Positions 22,567 to 32,410 of a DNA stretch of 64,000 nucleotides are shown here, in pieces; within the stretch, counting starts at the first letter, position 1, and the number at the start of each line of letters is the position of its first letter. The DNA is from Thecamonas trahens ATCC 50062 (lineage: Eukaryota; Protista; Apusomonadida): contig NW_013657630.1 in NCBI RefSeq assembly GCF_000142905.1, positions 85,589 through 149,588 on the forward strand, in the 5' to 3' direction. Both the position numbers and the translations under genes were made by a program. The notes beneath the pieces are model-generated. The model worked only from the letters and a program-made list of their open reading frames with translations. It was not told the DNA's origin and did no database searches.

Positions 22567-25146
22567 TCATGACGAGTCGTTCGAGCCCGAGCCCGAGTCC
22601 GAGCCCGAGTCCGAGTCCGAGTCGTACGAGTAATCGAGCCGGAATGTGGTTTCGGACGGCCCGGCGCCGGCACCCACCATCGACGTCGGTCTCGGAGCCG
22701 GGATGGGCCGGATGCGGACGACGGCGTCCGAACCTTGGTTGGTGGCGCGGTTGCGCGCGGCGGTCGCAAGCAGGCCGCGACCCTTGGCGGCCCCAGCTCC
22801 GCCACCGGCCTTGGACACTGAGCCCATGCGCTCCATAAAGTCCTCGACCTGAAAGTCGGAGATAGAGAGGGTGCCGCGCTTGTTGGCACGAGACATGTTG
22901 AGCGAGGCACGATGGGCAGAGCCAACCTCGTTGGTCCGACGCTCGGCCTCGGCCTTTGCGGCGCGGCGGGCGGCGCGGCGGGCGCGGCGCTCGAGCTTGT
23001 CGCGGGCGAGCCACTCGTCGTCGGAGAGGTTCGGGTCGTCGCCAAAGAGCGACGTCGGGGCCGCCCATCCTGCACCGCGACCTGTTTTGTTGAAGCGGAC
23101 GGCAAACCGGAGGGTCTTGATAATGTTGCGCATCTTTTCAAAGGCCTCGGTATCACCGGCATTGTCGAGCACGATGCGCTTGAACTCTGCGTCCGGAATG
23201 GGCAGGTTGATGATGGACGAATTGGAGGCGACGCCGTTGGCAAAGGCGTCTAAGCCCGCAAGCGACATGGCGTTGTTGTCGATAAAGATGGTCTCGAGCG
23301 AGGCGTTGGAGGCGAGGGCGGCGCCGAGCGCCTCGGCGCCCTCATCGCGAAAGCCGTTACCCTCAACGTTGAGCTCCTTGAGCGCGGCATTGGAGGCGAG
23401 CGCGTCAAAGAACTCGACGAGCGAACTGCCAAACGCGTACTTGGAGTTGCCGAGGATCTCGAGCGAGACCAACGGTGAGTTGGGAAGCGAGACGAGGCGG
23501 ACAAGTGCGTTGACGACGTCCGGCAGCGCCTTGTCTTTGGCGCGGACGTTGCGCGAGAGCGAAAGCGCTTCGATCATGGGCGACTGGATGAGGGCCTCGA
23601 GGACGGCGATGGTGCCTTCGGAGCCGAGCTGGGCGTCGTCCAGACAGAGCGAGCGGAGGTTGAGCCCAACCGAGATCGAGGAGGCGAGGCGGATAGCGCC
23701 GGCCGGCTTGAGCGGGATGGATGAGAGATCCAGGACCGAGCGGGTGCGGGTGCGGTCGGTGACGAGGCAGCCAACAATGCCGGCGAGGCTCTCGATGGAG
23801 ACTTTGGCAGCCGAGAGGTCGAGCTCAACAACAGCAGACGACATGAGTGCGTTTGAGAGGTGGACAACGTCGCGGTCAACAAAGGTGTTGTTCGAGAGGT
23901 TGAGCTTGACCAGACCCGGAGTGGCCTCGGGCGAGAGGATGGGCGAGAACTTCTTGACCTTGAGCGCGGTCTCGGCGACGTTGAGCGAGGCGAGGGTGGT
24001 GATTGGGGCGTCGACGAGCCAGTTGGCAAGAGCGCTGGTGCCCGACGAGCCGAGCTTGTTTCCAGAGAGGTCGAGCTGGGCGAGCGAGGTGGCGACGTGC
24101 GGCGCAGCCGCGAGGGCCTTGCCGAGCGCGGACATGCCCTTTGCGCCAAACTGGCAGTACGCCAGATTGAGCTCGCGGAGCTGGAGGGTGGCGAGGCCTG
24201 GTGCCAGGGCGGCAATGCCCTTGTCCTTGATGGCGTTGAAAGAGAGGTCGATGGCGGTGAGGGCACACACCGGGTTGTCGCGCAGGGCGCGGCCAAAGAC
24301 TCCAAAACCCGAGTTGGCCGAGAGCTCCGAGAGATCAAGGCGGGTGATGGTAGAGTTGGCGGTAAAAGCGTGGGAGAGAACGTCAAAGATGTCGAGGCGG
24401 GTGACCGACGAGACAGTGACCGACTCAAAGTAGGCGTTGTACTTGAGCGCGTTGACAAAGGGCTCGAGCAGGAAGAGCGGGCGGGCCTTGGCGTCAAGAA
24501 ACTCGAACGAGTTGAGGAGCGACGGGACCAGCGCAATGGATCTATCACCAGCGTGCTGGACAATGTAGTCAAGGAGCTCGCGATAGACAACAACGTTTGC
24601 CAGCTGGAGGCCCGCGCGGACGCAGTGGGCCTCATACGCCTCGACAAAGCCAGAAAAGGGAATGCCCTTGGGCAGCGGCGGAAAGCGAGAAAGATCCTCA
24701 GGTGCGTCTGGAGCAGCGTTAACATAGAGACCGAAAAAGGTTTCCTGCGGCACGTTGCACGACATGAGGACGTAGAAGTTCTTGATAAGCGAGACAATGT
24801 GCCTCCCGCGGGAGAGGGTCTCCACGAAAGGGAACTCAAACTCACGAAACTTGAGGTTGACCGAAGCATGTTCTGCAGCCTCTACATAGTCGAGCGAGGC
24901 AAGGTCAAGCAGGTGACCCTCACGAGCCAGTTTGAGTGCAGAGCCGAGCTTGGACTCCTTCCAGGTGGCGACTCGGTACTGACCGATGGTGAGCAGCCGG
25001 TGGTCGACAGACTTTTTCTTGCGCTTGGTCTTGGTCACCCATCCACAGAACGTCATGTTCTCTTCCGTCAACTCAAAGAATGCCTTGACTTGTGTAAACT
25101 CTTCATTGCTGGGTATCCTCGACAGAAGCAGCTCTCCAGACGACAT
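22567..25146 (-). CDS. CARMIL/LRRC16-like leucine-rich repeat protein
   Basis: N-terminal PH-like domain (HRLLTIGQYRV..EGHLLDL), linker FSGFVEAYEAHC and ALKYNAYF, RI-type LRRs. Confidence 0.8.
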   Translation of the reverse strand: MSSGELLLSRIPSNEEFTQVKAFFELTEENMTFCGWVTKTKRKKKSVDHRLLTIGQYRVATWKESKLGSALKLAREGHLLDLASLDYVEAAEHASVNLKFREFEFPFVETLSRGRHIVSLIKNFYVLMSCNVPQETFFGLYVNAAPDAPEDLSRFPPLPKGIPFSGFVEAYEAHCVRAGLQLANVVVYRELLDYIVQHAGDRSIALVPSLLNSFEFLDAKARPLFLLEPFVNALKYNAYFESVTVSSVTRLDIFDVLSHAFTANSTITRLDLSELSANSGFGVFGRALRDNPVCALTAIDLSFNAIKDKGIAALAPGLATLQLRELNLAYCQFGAKGMSALGKALAAAPHVATSLAQLDLSGNKLGSSGTSALANWLVDAPITTLASLNVAETALKVKKFSPILSPEATPGLVKLNLSNNTFVDRDVVHLSNALMSSAVVELDLSAAKVSIESLAGIVGCLVTDRTRTRSVLDLSSIPLKPAGAIRLASSISVGLNLRSLCLDDAQLGSEGTIAVLEALIQSPMIEALSLSRNVRAKDKALPDVVNALVRLVSLPNSPLVSLEILGNSKYAFGSSLVEFFDALASNAALKELNVEGNGFRDEGAEALGAALASNASLETIFIDNNAMSLAGLDAFANGVASNSSIINLPIPDAEFKRIVLDNAGDTEAFEKMRNIIKTLRFAVRFNKTGRGAGWAAPTSLFGDDPNLSDDEWLARDKLERRARRAARRAAKAEAERRTNEVGSAHRASLNMSRANKRGTLSISDFQVEDFMERMGSVSKAGGGAGAAKGRGLLATAARNRATNQGSDAVVRIRPIPAPRPTSMVGAGAGPSETTFRLDYSYDSDSDSGSDSGSGSNDSS

Positions 25147-25568
25147 ATTCCTCAAGCTCCTCCCTCCTCCCTCTTCTGACTCCAATCGCAACGTCGAACG
25201 AGCTCGCTTCCGCCGAACCGTCGTCGAGTGCTCCGCCACTCGCCGCACACACACTGCTACTCGCGCCAGCCACTCGCACCGCCACCGCCGCCGGTCCACT
25301 CACACCACCGGCGCTGGTCAACATCGTCATCGTCATCGTCACTCTCCCACCGCCTAGCACACAAGCCACCGTTGCTATGTATTGCTGGTTGCAATCATCA
25401 TGTCCATACCCGTGGTCCATCCATGTTGCATGTTCCGTGAATGGTCGCAGTGGGTGTGCAGAGCGGAGGCCGCCGCCGCAAGCTCGGGTGAGGGCAAGCA
25501 ACCTGTACACTACCAGGCATGTTAATGGAGGTCTCTTCGAGAGAGGGGAGGGCGCGGTTGCGGGTCGA

Positions 25569-26232
25569 CTAGACCGAGCCGGTGGCAGGGGCCTGCTGCG
25601 GGGCCTTGCGCGGGACGTACGCCGGGCCGCGCGAGGAGACGATGGCGTAGAGCATAAAGACGGCCGAGGCAAAGATGAGCGGGCCGGTGAAGGTGAAGAG
25701 GATGAACGAGTAGCCGACGTTGAGCTTCTTGGCGTAGAGAACGGTGCCGAGCATGGCGAGGAAGCCGGCAAAGAAGAGGAGGATGATGGCGATCCAGTGG
25801 AGGCGATACTGTGGACGGCCTGTGATGTGGATGATGATCATGATGAGGGCAGCAAAGAGGAGAATGATCGCCACAATGCCAGTGCCGAGGATATTGTCTC
25901 CGCCCTCCTCGAGCTTGCGCGCCAGCGGGTACGTCTGCTTCAGCTCTTCCAGGGAGCCCGAGATATCGCCCGACGGTGTCTCGCGACGGTACTTCTTCAG
26001 TCCGATGTACAGGGTGGTGTTGCCAGCCTCGTCCACCACCCATGCTAGTGTTGCCATGCACACAATGGCCAGCACCATCGACGTCACAATCAGCCCGAGC
26101 GCGCCATACGTCACCTTCTCGTTCACTGTGGCCGGGGCAAGGAAGGGAAGGAGGTGAGCGGCGGGGGGATTGCTGGGGGGGGGGGGGGGGGGGGGGGGGA
26201 GGGGCGAAGGGAAGGGAGGGGGATTACGTACT
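25569..26232 (-). CDS. Four-TM PMP22/EMP/claudin-superfamily-like protein; intron 26126-26231 splits the ATG
   Basis: Four hydrophobic helices, TM1-W..IGL motif, GYSF before TM4; A|GTACGT...CACAG|TG AAC gives MNEKVTYG. Confidence 0.7.
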
Positions 26233-26458
26233 GTTGGTGGAGGTCGTTGCGTCAAGTGTGCGCGGAGAGGAGAGGGGAAAGGGAGAGCAAGGGAAGGAGG
26301 CACCTGCCGGTGGTGGCTTGCGGCCCGGCCCTTGCGGGTTTGGCAGGCAAAGAGAGGCCGGGTTTCTCGGGCAGACACAACCACGAGTAGCCGATAGGTA
26401 CGGCCACGAGTCGACGGTGAAGGCGCTGCTACCACGTATCGATACGGTTGTTTGGTTT

Positions 26459-28442
26459 TTAGTTCATGCGCGAGATGAGCTTGGAGATCTGGTTCTCGCG
26501 GTTACCGGCATCACCACCCTCGATGTAGTGGAGGACCTTGGTGCTGAAGCCGCCCTTCGGCGACGAGAGCTTGAACGGCCACAGGAAGTTGTTGACCTGC
26601 TTGAAGTTGGGGCCGACGGTGTAGATCTCGTGAACAATGTCCTCAATGCAAATGACGTTGTACTTGCCGAGCTGCTCCTCGATGAGCTCGTTCGACGAGA
26701 GCTGGATGCGCTGGCCGTTGATCTTACCGTAACCGCGCTTGTAGATAAGCTCGCGGACGTTCTTGAGCGACGGGTAACCGTAGGCGACGTACGGGGTGAC
26801 AAGGCGCAGCATCTGCTCCGAGGCGCGGTTGAGCTTGACAAACACACCGTTGTGGATCTGGCGGAGGCGCAGGAGCTGGAGGACCTTCTTGGTCTTCGGG
26901 TCGACGCCCTGGGTACCGCGGATGCGGATGACAAAGGCGAGCTTGGCCTCGGGCTCGACAAAGTAGTTGCCGGCGGACTTGGCGACACGGCGGAGGGCAA
27001 TGAGCGAGCGCTCGCGCGAGCGGTACTCCTTCACGTACTTCTCGGCACGCTTGAAGGCCTCGGCGTGGCGCTTCTTGTTGGCGACCTTGCGCTCGGCAAC
27101 AGCCTTGGCCTTGGCGGCGCGCTGCTCCTTGGAGATGCGGCGCTGCTTGAGGACAGCCTCCGGAATCGAAGCACTGTGTAGACAAGAGGTCCAGGCGGTA
27201 ACAAGGGCGGGGCAAGAGGGGGAAAGGTGAGTCTCGGCGGAACGCGGTCGTCCTGCAAAGCCCACTCTCCGTGCACAGCCGCGCACTTCCTTCCAACGGT
27301 CTTCGGGTTGCATTCGACGGCTTGAGCCCGAAGCAATAAACATATTTCATCAGAGTTGGCAAAGCGAGAAAAAAGCCCAACTGCGGCATCAGCACCACAC
27401 CCTGCTTTGCTCTCGTATTTCCAACAAGGGCCAAGCAAAGGGCAAGGGCTGATCCAGCAAGTCCGACATTGTCCGCCATCAGCCAACAAAGACATACTCT
27501 TGCAAGATGCACAGAAGCAACGCAAATTAAAGTTATCACATCCCTCTGCTGCCTCGACAAGCTGGCTACCAGCTGCACCAATCCTAGGAAGATCCCAGGC
27601 CAAGGCCAGCCCAGCACGAGCTTGTACGAGCACAACAGCAAAATGGATGGCCACAGATTTCAAGACAAAGACAAGCACTTCCACCTCGACGGCGCCATGT
27701 ACACAGTTGCTCGAACCATCATAGTCCCTTTCTCTCGATCGGCAGCATGACAGTGCCAACCATAGAGAGATAGAGATAGAGATAGAGAGGGCCGGGATCC
27801 ATACACACAGCGCATACCATTCGGTGGAGACTACGTCTTACAGTCTCATCCTCCGACACATCGGGGCGGACCTGGACGAGCCAGGTGCCCCGCAAGATGC
27901 CGACATAGTTGCATGGTCACATCGAGCACGAGACTATGACAAGTAGCAAAGCACGGGTGCTTGCTGTTGTCGCTGTCCGTGCTCGGTCAAAAAGTTCCGG
28001 GACGACAGGGGGGGGGAGGCACACGGGCACAAGGGAGGAGGGGGAGGGGGGGAGCAAAATAATGGGCCATCCCATCCGGTGGCTGGAGGTGGGCCAGACA
28101 TGCCAGGGACAGCCATGGGCCACCTCTACAGCCTACGGAAAGGTTGGTGATCGGAGCGAGCGTGCGTAGCAGCTGCGCCGTAGAGAGCACAGGCGCTTGG
28201 GTGTACGGATGTGCGGGAGCCAGCAGCAGTATATCGAGGACAACGCTGCGGGTCCCCCCTCACACAAAAACCAGCCATCATCGCCACACAGCGGGAGGAC
28301 AAGCAAGGCACAAACGGGGAGGATACAACAACCAAGCCATCCACAACCACCTAGGTATGTTCCGGATGTACTGTGGATGCGCTGCTGTCAACGGCAGCGT
28401 TCTCTCTCTTCATCATGGCGGTACGTACCCCTTGGACGACAT
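26459..28442 (-). CDS. RPL7: 60S ribosomal protein L7 (uL30); exons 28442-28429 and 27173-26459
   Basis: [49 protein letters not shown]; MSSKG|GTACGT...CACAG|T ASIPE in phase. Confidence 0.97.
27475..27545 (-). ncRNA. Candidate intronic box C/D snoRNA (U16/snR87-like)
   Basis: C-like GTGATAA (27539-27533), TAATTTGCG (27529-27521) complementary to conserved SSU rRNA CGCAAAUUA, box D CTGA (27482-27479); inside a ribosomal-protein intron. Confidence 0.35.
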
Positions 28443-28868
28443 GTTGTGTGTGTGTGTGTGAGTGTGAAGTGGTGCCGGTCAATTGGGGCAAAGCGGGAAT
28501 CGTTCGTTGGCGAGATTGAGACTGCCGAAAAAGTGAAAAACATCCAAATCCAGCTCGCGCGAATCACCGCCTTCACAAACCACCCAAACTCGTTGAGCTC
28601 GGCGGTATACACGGCAGCGACCACCGATGAGAGGGAAACAAAGCACTACACGAGGTACATGTCCAGACACATCATATTCTGGTCTTCCTACCACCTGCAA
28701 AAACATCTGATCACTCTCCGTAGGGCCGATCGAGTCCGCCCCCTCCTCCCTCTCTGCTCCCCAGTACGTGACAATGATTCAATCCTGTGATGATCAGGTT
28801 GAAGTCAAAGTGGGTTGGCCAAGTCAGCTTGCGACTCACCGACTCTTCCACCTGTCGACCAGCAAGCC

Positions 28869-30401
28869 ATGAGCAGCGACGCGTCTGCTGAGGAGCGGCG
28901 GAGGGTACGCAGAGGGACACGGAAGAGGGGATGGTTCAGACTGCTAGGGGAGGAGGGGAGGGGGAGGGAAGGAGAGGAGGAGGGAGTTGTGCCAGGTTTG
29001 CGAGTTGGGCATGGGGAGGTACAATGGGTGGGGCGGGACGGGAGCAAAGGAGCATGCGGCGCCAAAAACTGCGGGGGGGTTGGGGAAGGCAAGCGGTGGA
29101 TGGAGGAGGTGGCGAGGGCTGGCACTCNNNNNNNNNNNNNNNNNNNNNNNNNNNNNNNNNNNNNNNNNNNNNNNNNNNNNNNNNNNNNNNNNNNNNNNNN
29201 NNNNNNNNNNNNNNNNNNNNNNNNNNNNNNNNNNNNNNNNNNNNNNNNNNNNNNNNNNNNNNNNNNNNNNNNNNNNNNNNNNNNNNNNNNNNNNNNNNNN
29301 NNNNNNNNNNNNNNNNNNNNNNNNNNNNNNNNNNNNNNNNNNNNNNNNNNNNNNNNNNNNNNNNNNNNNNNNNNNNNNNNNNNNNNNNNNNNNNNNNNNN
29401 NNNNNNNNNNNNNNNNNNNNNNNNNNNNNNNNNNNNNNNNNNNNNNNNNNNNNNNNNNNNNNNNNNNNNNNNNNNNNNNNNNNNNNNNNNNNNNNNNNNN
29501 NNNNNNNNNNNNNNNNNNNNNNNNNNNNNNNNNNNNNNNNNNNNNNNNNNNNNNNNNNNNNNNNNNNCTTGGGGAACATGAAAGGGCATGCGAAGGACGA
29601 CGACGAGGACGACGACGACAGAGAAGGGGCGGGGAGGGGAGCGAGGGGAATGCTCATGAGGAAGGTGGATGTGGTGGATGGGTGGTGTGGGTGGTGTGGG
29701 TGCTGGGCGCCGTGCGGGTGGGTGGTGCTGGGCGCCGTGCGGGTGGTCTGTGACATGGGCTCACATGGGCGATGGGTGGTGGTACTGGACGAGAATAGGT
29801 CAAGGCACTGCTAATCGGAGACTCAGGCGTGGGCAAGTCGTCGATTCTCAAGCGGTATGTGGACGATGATCCGCCTGGTGAGCACCAGAGTACGGTTGGC
29901 GTCGACTTTAAGATTCGGACGGTGCGCAAGACAGAGCCCGGCTCGGACGTGGTGCGGACGGTCAAGCTCCAGATCTGGGACACGGCAGGACAGGAGCGGT
30001 TCCGCACAATCACGAGGTCGTACTACCGTGGCGCACACATTGTGCTCATCGTATACGACATCACATCGCTCGAGTCGTTCAACTCGCTCCCGATGTGGCT
30101 CTCCGAGATCGAGAAGAACTCCAACGGTTCGGTCATCAAGCTGGTGGTTGGCAACAAGGCCGACGCCGATGACTCGCGCGAAGTCGACACCGACAAGGCT
30201 CGCCAGTTTTGCTCCGAGCGTGGCCTGGCCTTCTTTGAGACTTCGGCGCTATCGGCACAGAACATCGAAGAGTGCTTCGACTCGATGCTCGACGAGTACA
30301 TCAAGAAGAACCAGAAGGTCATCGGCTCCACCGCGCCGACCAAGAACACCGCGAGTCTCCACAAGCCTGCCGCCCAGCCGGCCAAGAAGGGCTGCTGCTA
30401 A
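28869..30401 (+). CDS. Rab GTPase (Rab1-related); exons 28869-28904 and 29799-30401, intron spans an N gap
   Basis: GDSGVGKS, TVGVDF, WDTAGQERFRTIT.SYYRGA, GNKAD, ETSA, C-terminal GCC prenylation site. Confidence 0.93.
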
Positions 30402-30726
30402 TCAACGCCGTCCCCCCTCTGCTGCACCACCACATTGATGACCGTGGCCGCCGACTGCAGCCACTCTCCCCGGCCTCAGATAAAGGCCCATCCACCCCAT
30501 CCTTCCCTTTTGCCGTGGACAAGACAATGCTGTAGATCAGTGGAAATACAGATCAGACAAGTCAAGAGTGAGGAGAGCCAGAAGCCAGGAGGCAGTGAGG
30601 GCGAGGCAGGACGGGCGGGAAGTGACAGCAGCGACAAGAAGACCCAGGCAGCACCGCCAGCCACCAGCCACCAACCACCAACCCACCGTCACAACCTGTC
30701 TCGCTGGGAGAGAGGAGAACAGCACC

Positions 30727-32249
30727 ATGGTGGACCGTCTTGCAGAGCTGCGGCTGGTACGTATGAGGGAATAGTTGGAGCGGGTGGCCGTGTGGGAGGA
30801 GGATGGTAGTGAGGATGCGGGCAAAGGCGAGTGACANNNNNNNNNNNNNNNNNNNNNNNNNNNNNNNNNNNNNNNNNNNNNNNNNNNNNNNNNNNNNNNN
30901 NNNNNNNNNNNNNNNNNNNNNNNNNNNNNNNNNNNNNNNNNNNNNNNNNNNNNNNNNNNNNNNNNNCCCCCCCACCCCCTCCCCACACACACACACATAC
31001 CCTCCTCTGCCTTGCTCATTCTCCTTGGGCTATGGTGTGTGTCTTTGCCCTGTGTAACTCACCAAGAGAGACGGCATGGGAACATGGCGCGGTGGCCTGT
31101 GGCCGGTGGCTTGCGGGTTATGGACGACGGACTACGGACGGCGGGCGGCGGACTACGGGCCGGACGGCGGATGGGCGGATGACCGACTGATGGGAACAGG
31201 CTCCGCCGAGAAGCAGTGGCGGAGGTGGTACCGGTGGTGGCAAGGGAGGAGGAGGTTACTATGATCCATACTCGGACGACGAGTACTCGCTGTCGGATGG
31301 GCCGGTGGGTGGAAGGGAGACTGGCGCAGCCGCAGGCATTCCGCTGGAGGCAGTCGGAGTGGGCGGCGTCGGTGGCGAGAGCAGCAAGGCGCCGTTGTCT
31401 GAGTCGTCGGGAGGGAGCGAGAGCGGCGGCGCCGAGAACGAGCTGGCACCGTTCTTCCAACGGGTCGACGTGCTGAAGGGCTTGCTGGCGCGGGTGCAGG
31501 ACAACATCGAGCGGGTGGCGGAGCAGCATGGACTCTCGCTTGGCGCAACGTCGTCGGAAGAGGCCGCCCAGTGCTCGCAGGTACTCGCCGACCTCATGGC
31601 CGAGACCGACAAGATGACCAAGTCGATCCGGGCCAAGCTCAAGGCGATGGAGAAGGACAACGCAGCATTCGCCAAGGCACACAAGGGCTCGGCCGAAGAC
31701 CGGATCCGGACCAACGCGTATGGCGCGCTCACCCGCAAGTTTATCGCCGTCATGCGCGAGTACCAAGAGCTGCAGACCGAGTACCGCAACAAGTACAAGG
31801 ACCGCGTCGAGCGGCAAGTCCGTATTGTCAAGCGCGACGCCACCCAGGACGAAATCGATGAGATTGTCGAGGGTACTGGCGGCTCGGGCGTTTTTGCCCA
31901 GATGATGCTCTCGTCGACCGCCTCGCACGCCGCCGCACAGAATGCGCTGGCAGACATCCAGGAGCGCCACGAGGACATCGTCCGTCTCGAGCGCTCCATC
32001 GCCGAGCTCCACCAGCTTTTTGTTGACATGGCTGTCCTCGTCGACGCCCAGGGCGAGCTGCTCGACCAGATCGAGCACTCGGTGGCCCAGAGTGTCGGCT
32101 ACACCGCCAAGGCCGTCAAGGAGCTCGGCAAAGCCAACAAGTACCAGCGCAAGGCCCGCAAGAAGATGTGCGCTTGCCTCGTCCTCGGCATGGTTGTCCT
32201 CGGTGCTGTCCTCATCCCTACCCTCGCCGTCACATTGAAGAACGCGTAA
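30727..32249 (+). CDS. Plasma-membrane Qa-SNARE syntaxin (syntaxin-1/SSO-like); exons 30727-30756 and 31200-32249
   Basis: N-peptide MVDRLAEL, Habc domain, ERHEDIVRLERSIAELHQLFVDMAVLVDAQGELLDQIE SNARE motif, C-terminal TM. Confidence 0.93.
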
Positions 32250-32410
32250 AACAAGCCCCTGCACACATCTCCTCTCCCACCTCCCACACCAGCCCATCAT
32301 CGCCAGCCACCGCCACGCCGCCCGCCATCCCAATTCCAAACATGATCACGACCAAGATCACGATCACCTCACCCGCACAAGCCCCCCCCCCCCCGCACAC
32401 ACACACAGCC

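Noticed and set aside
27330-27365. Hammerhead ribozyme core CTGATGA on the minus strand
   Set aside because: No stem II followed by GAAA and no three-stem junction could be built
28815-29814. ORFs containing X runs (also near 30.9, 47.2, 55 and 59.3 kb)
   Set aside because: They read through assembly N gaps in introns or intergenic DNA
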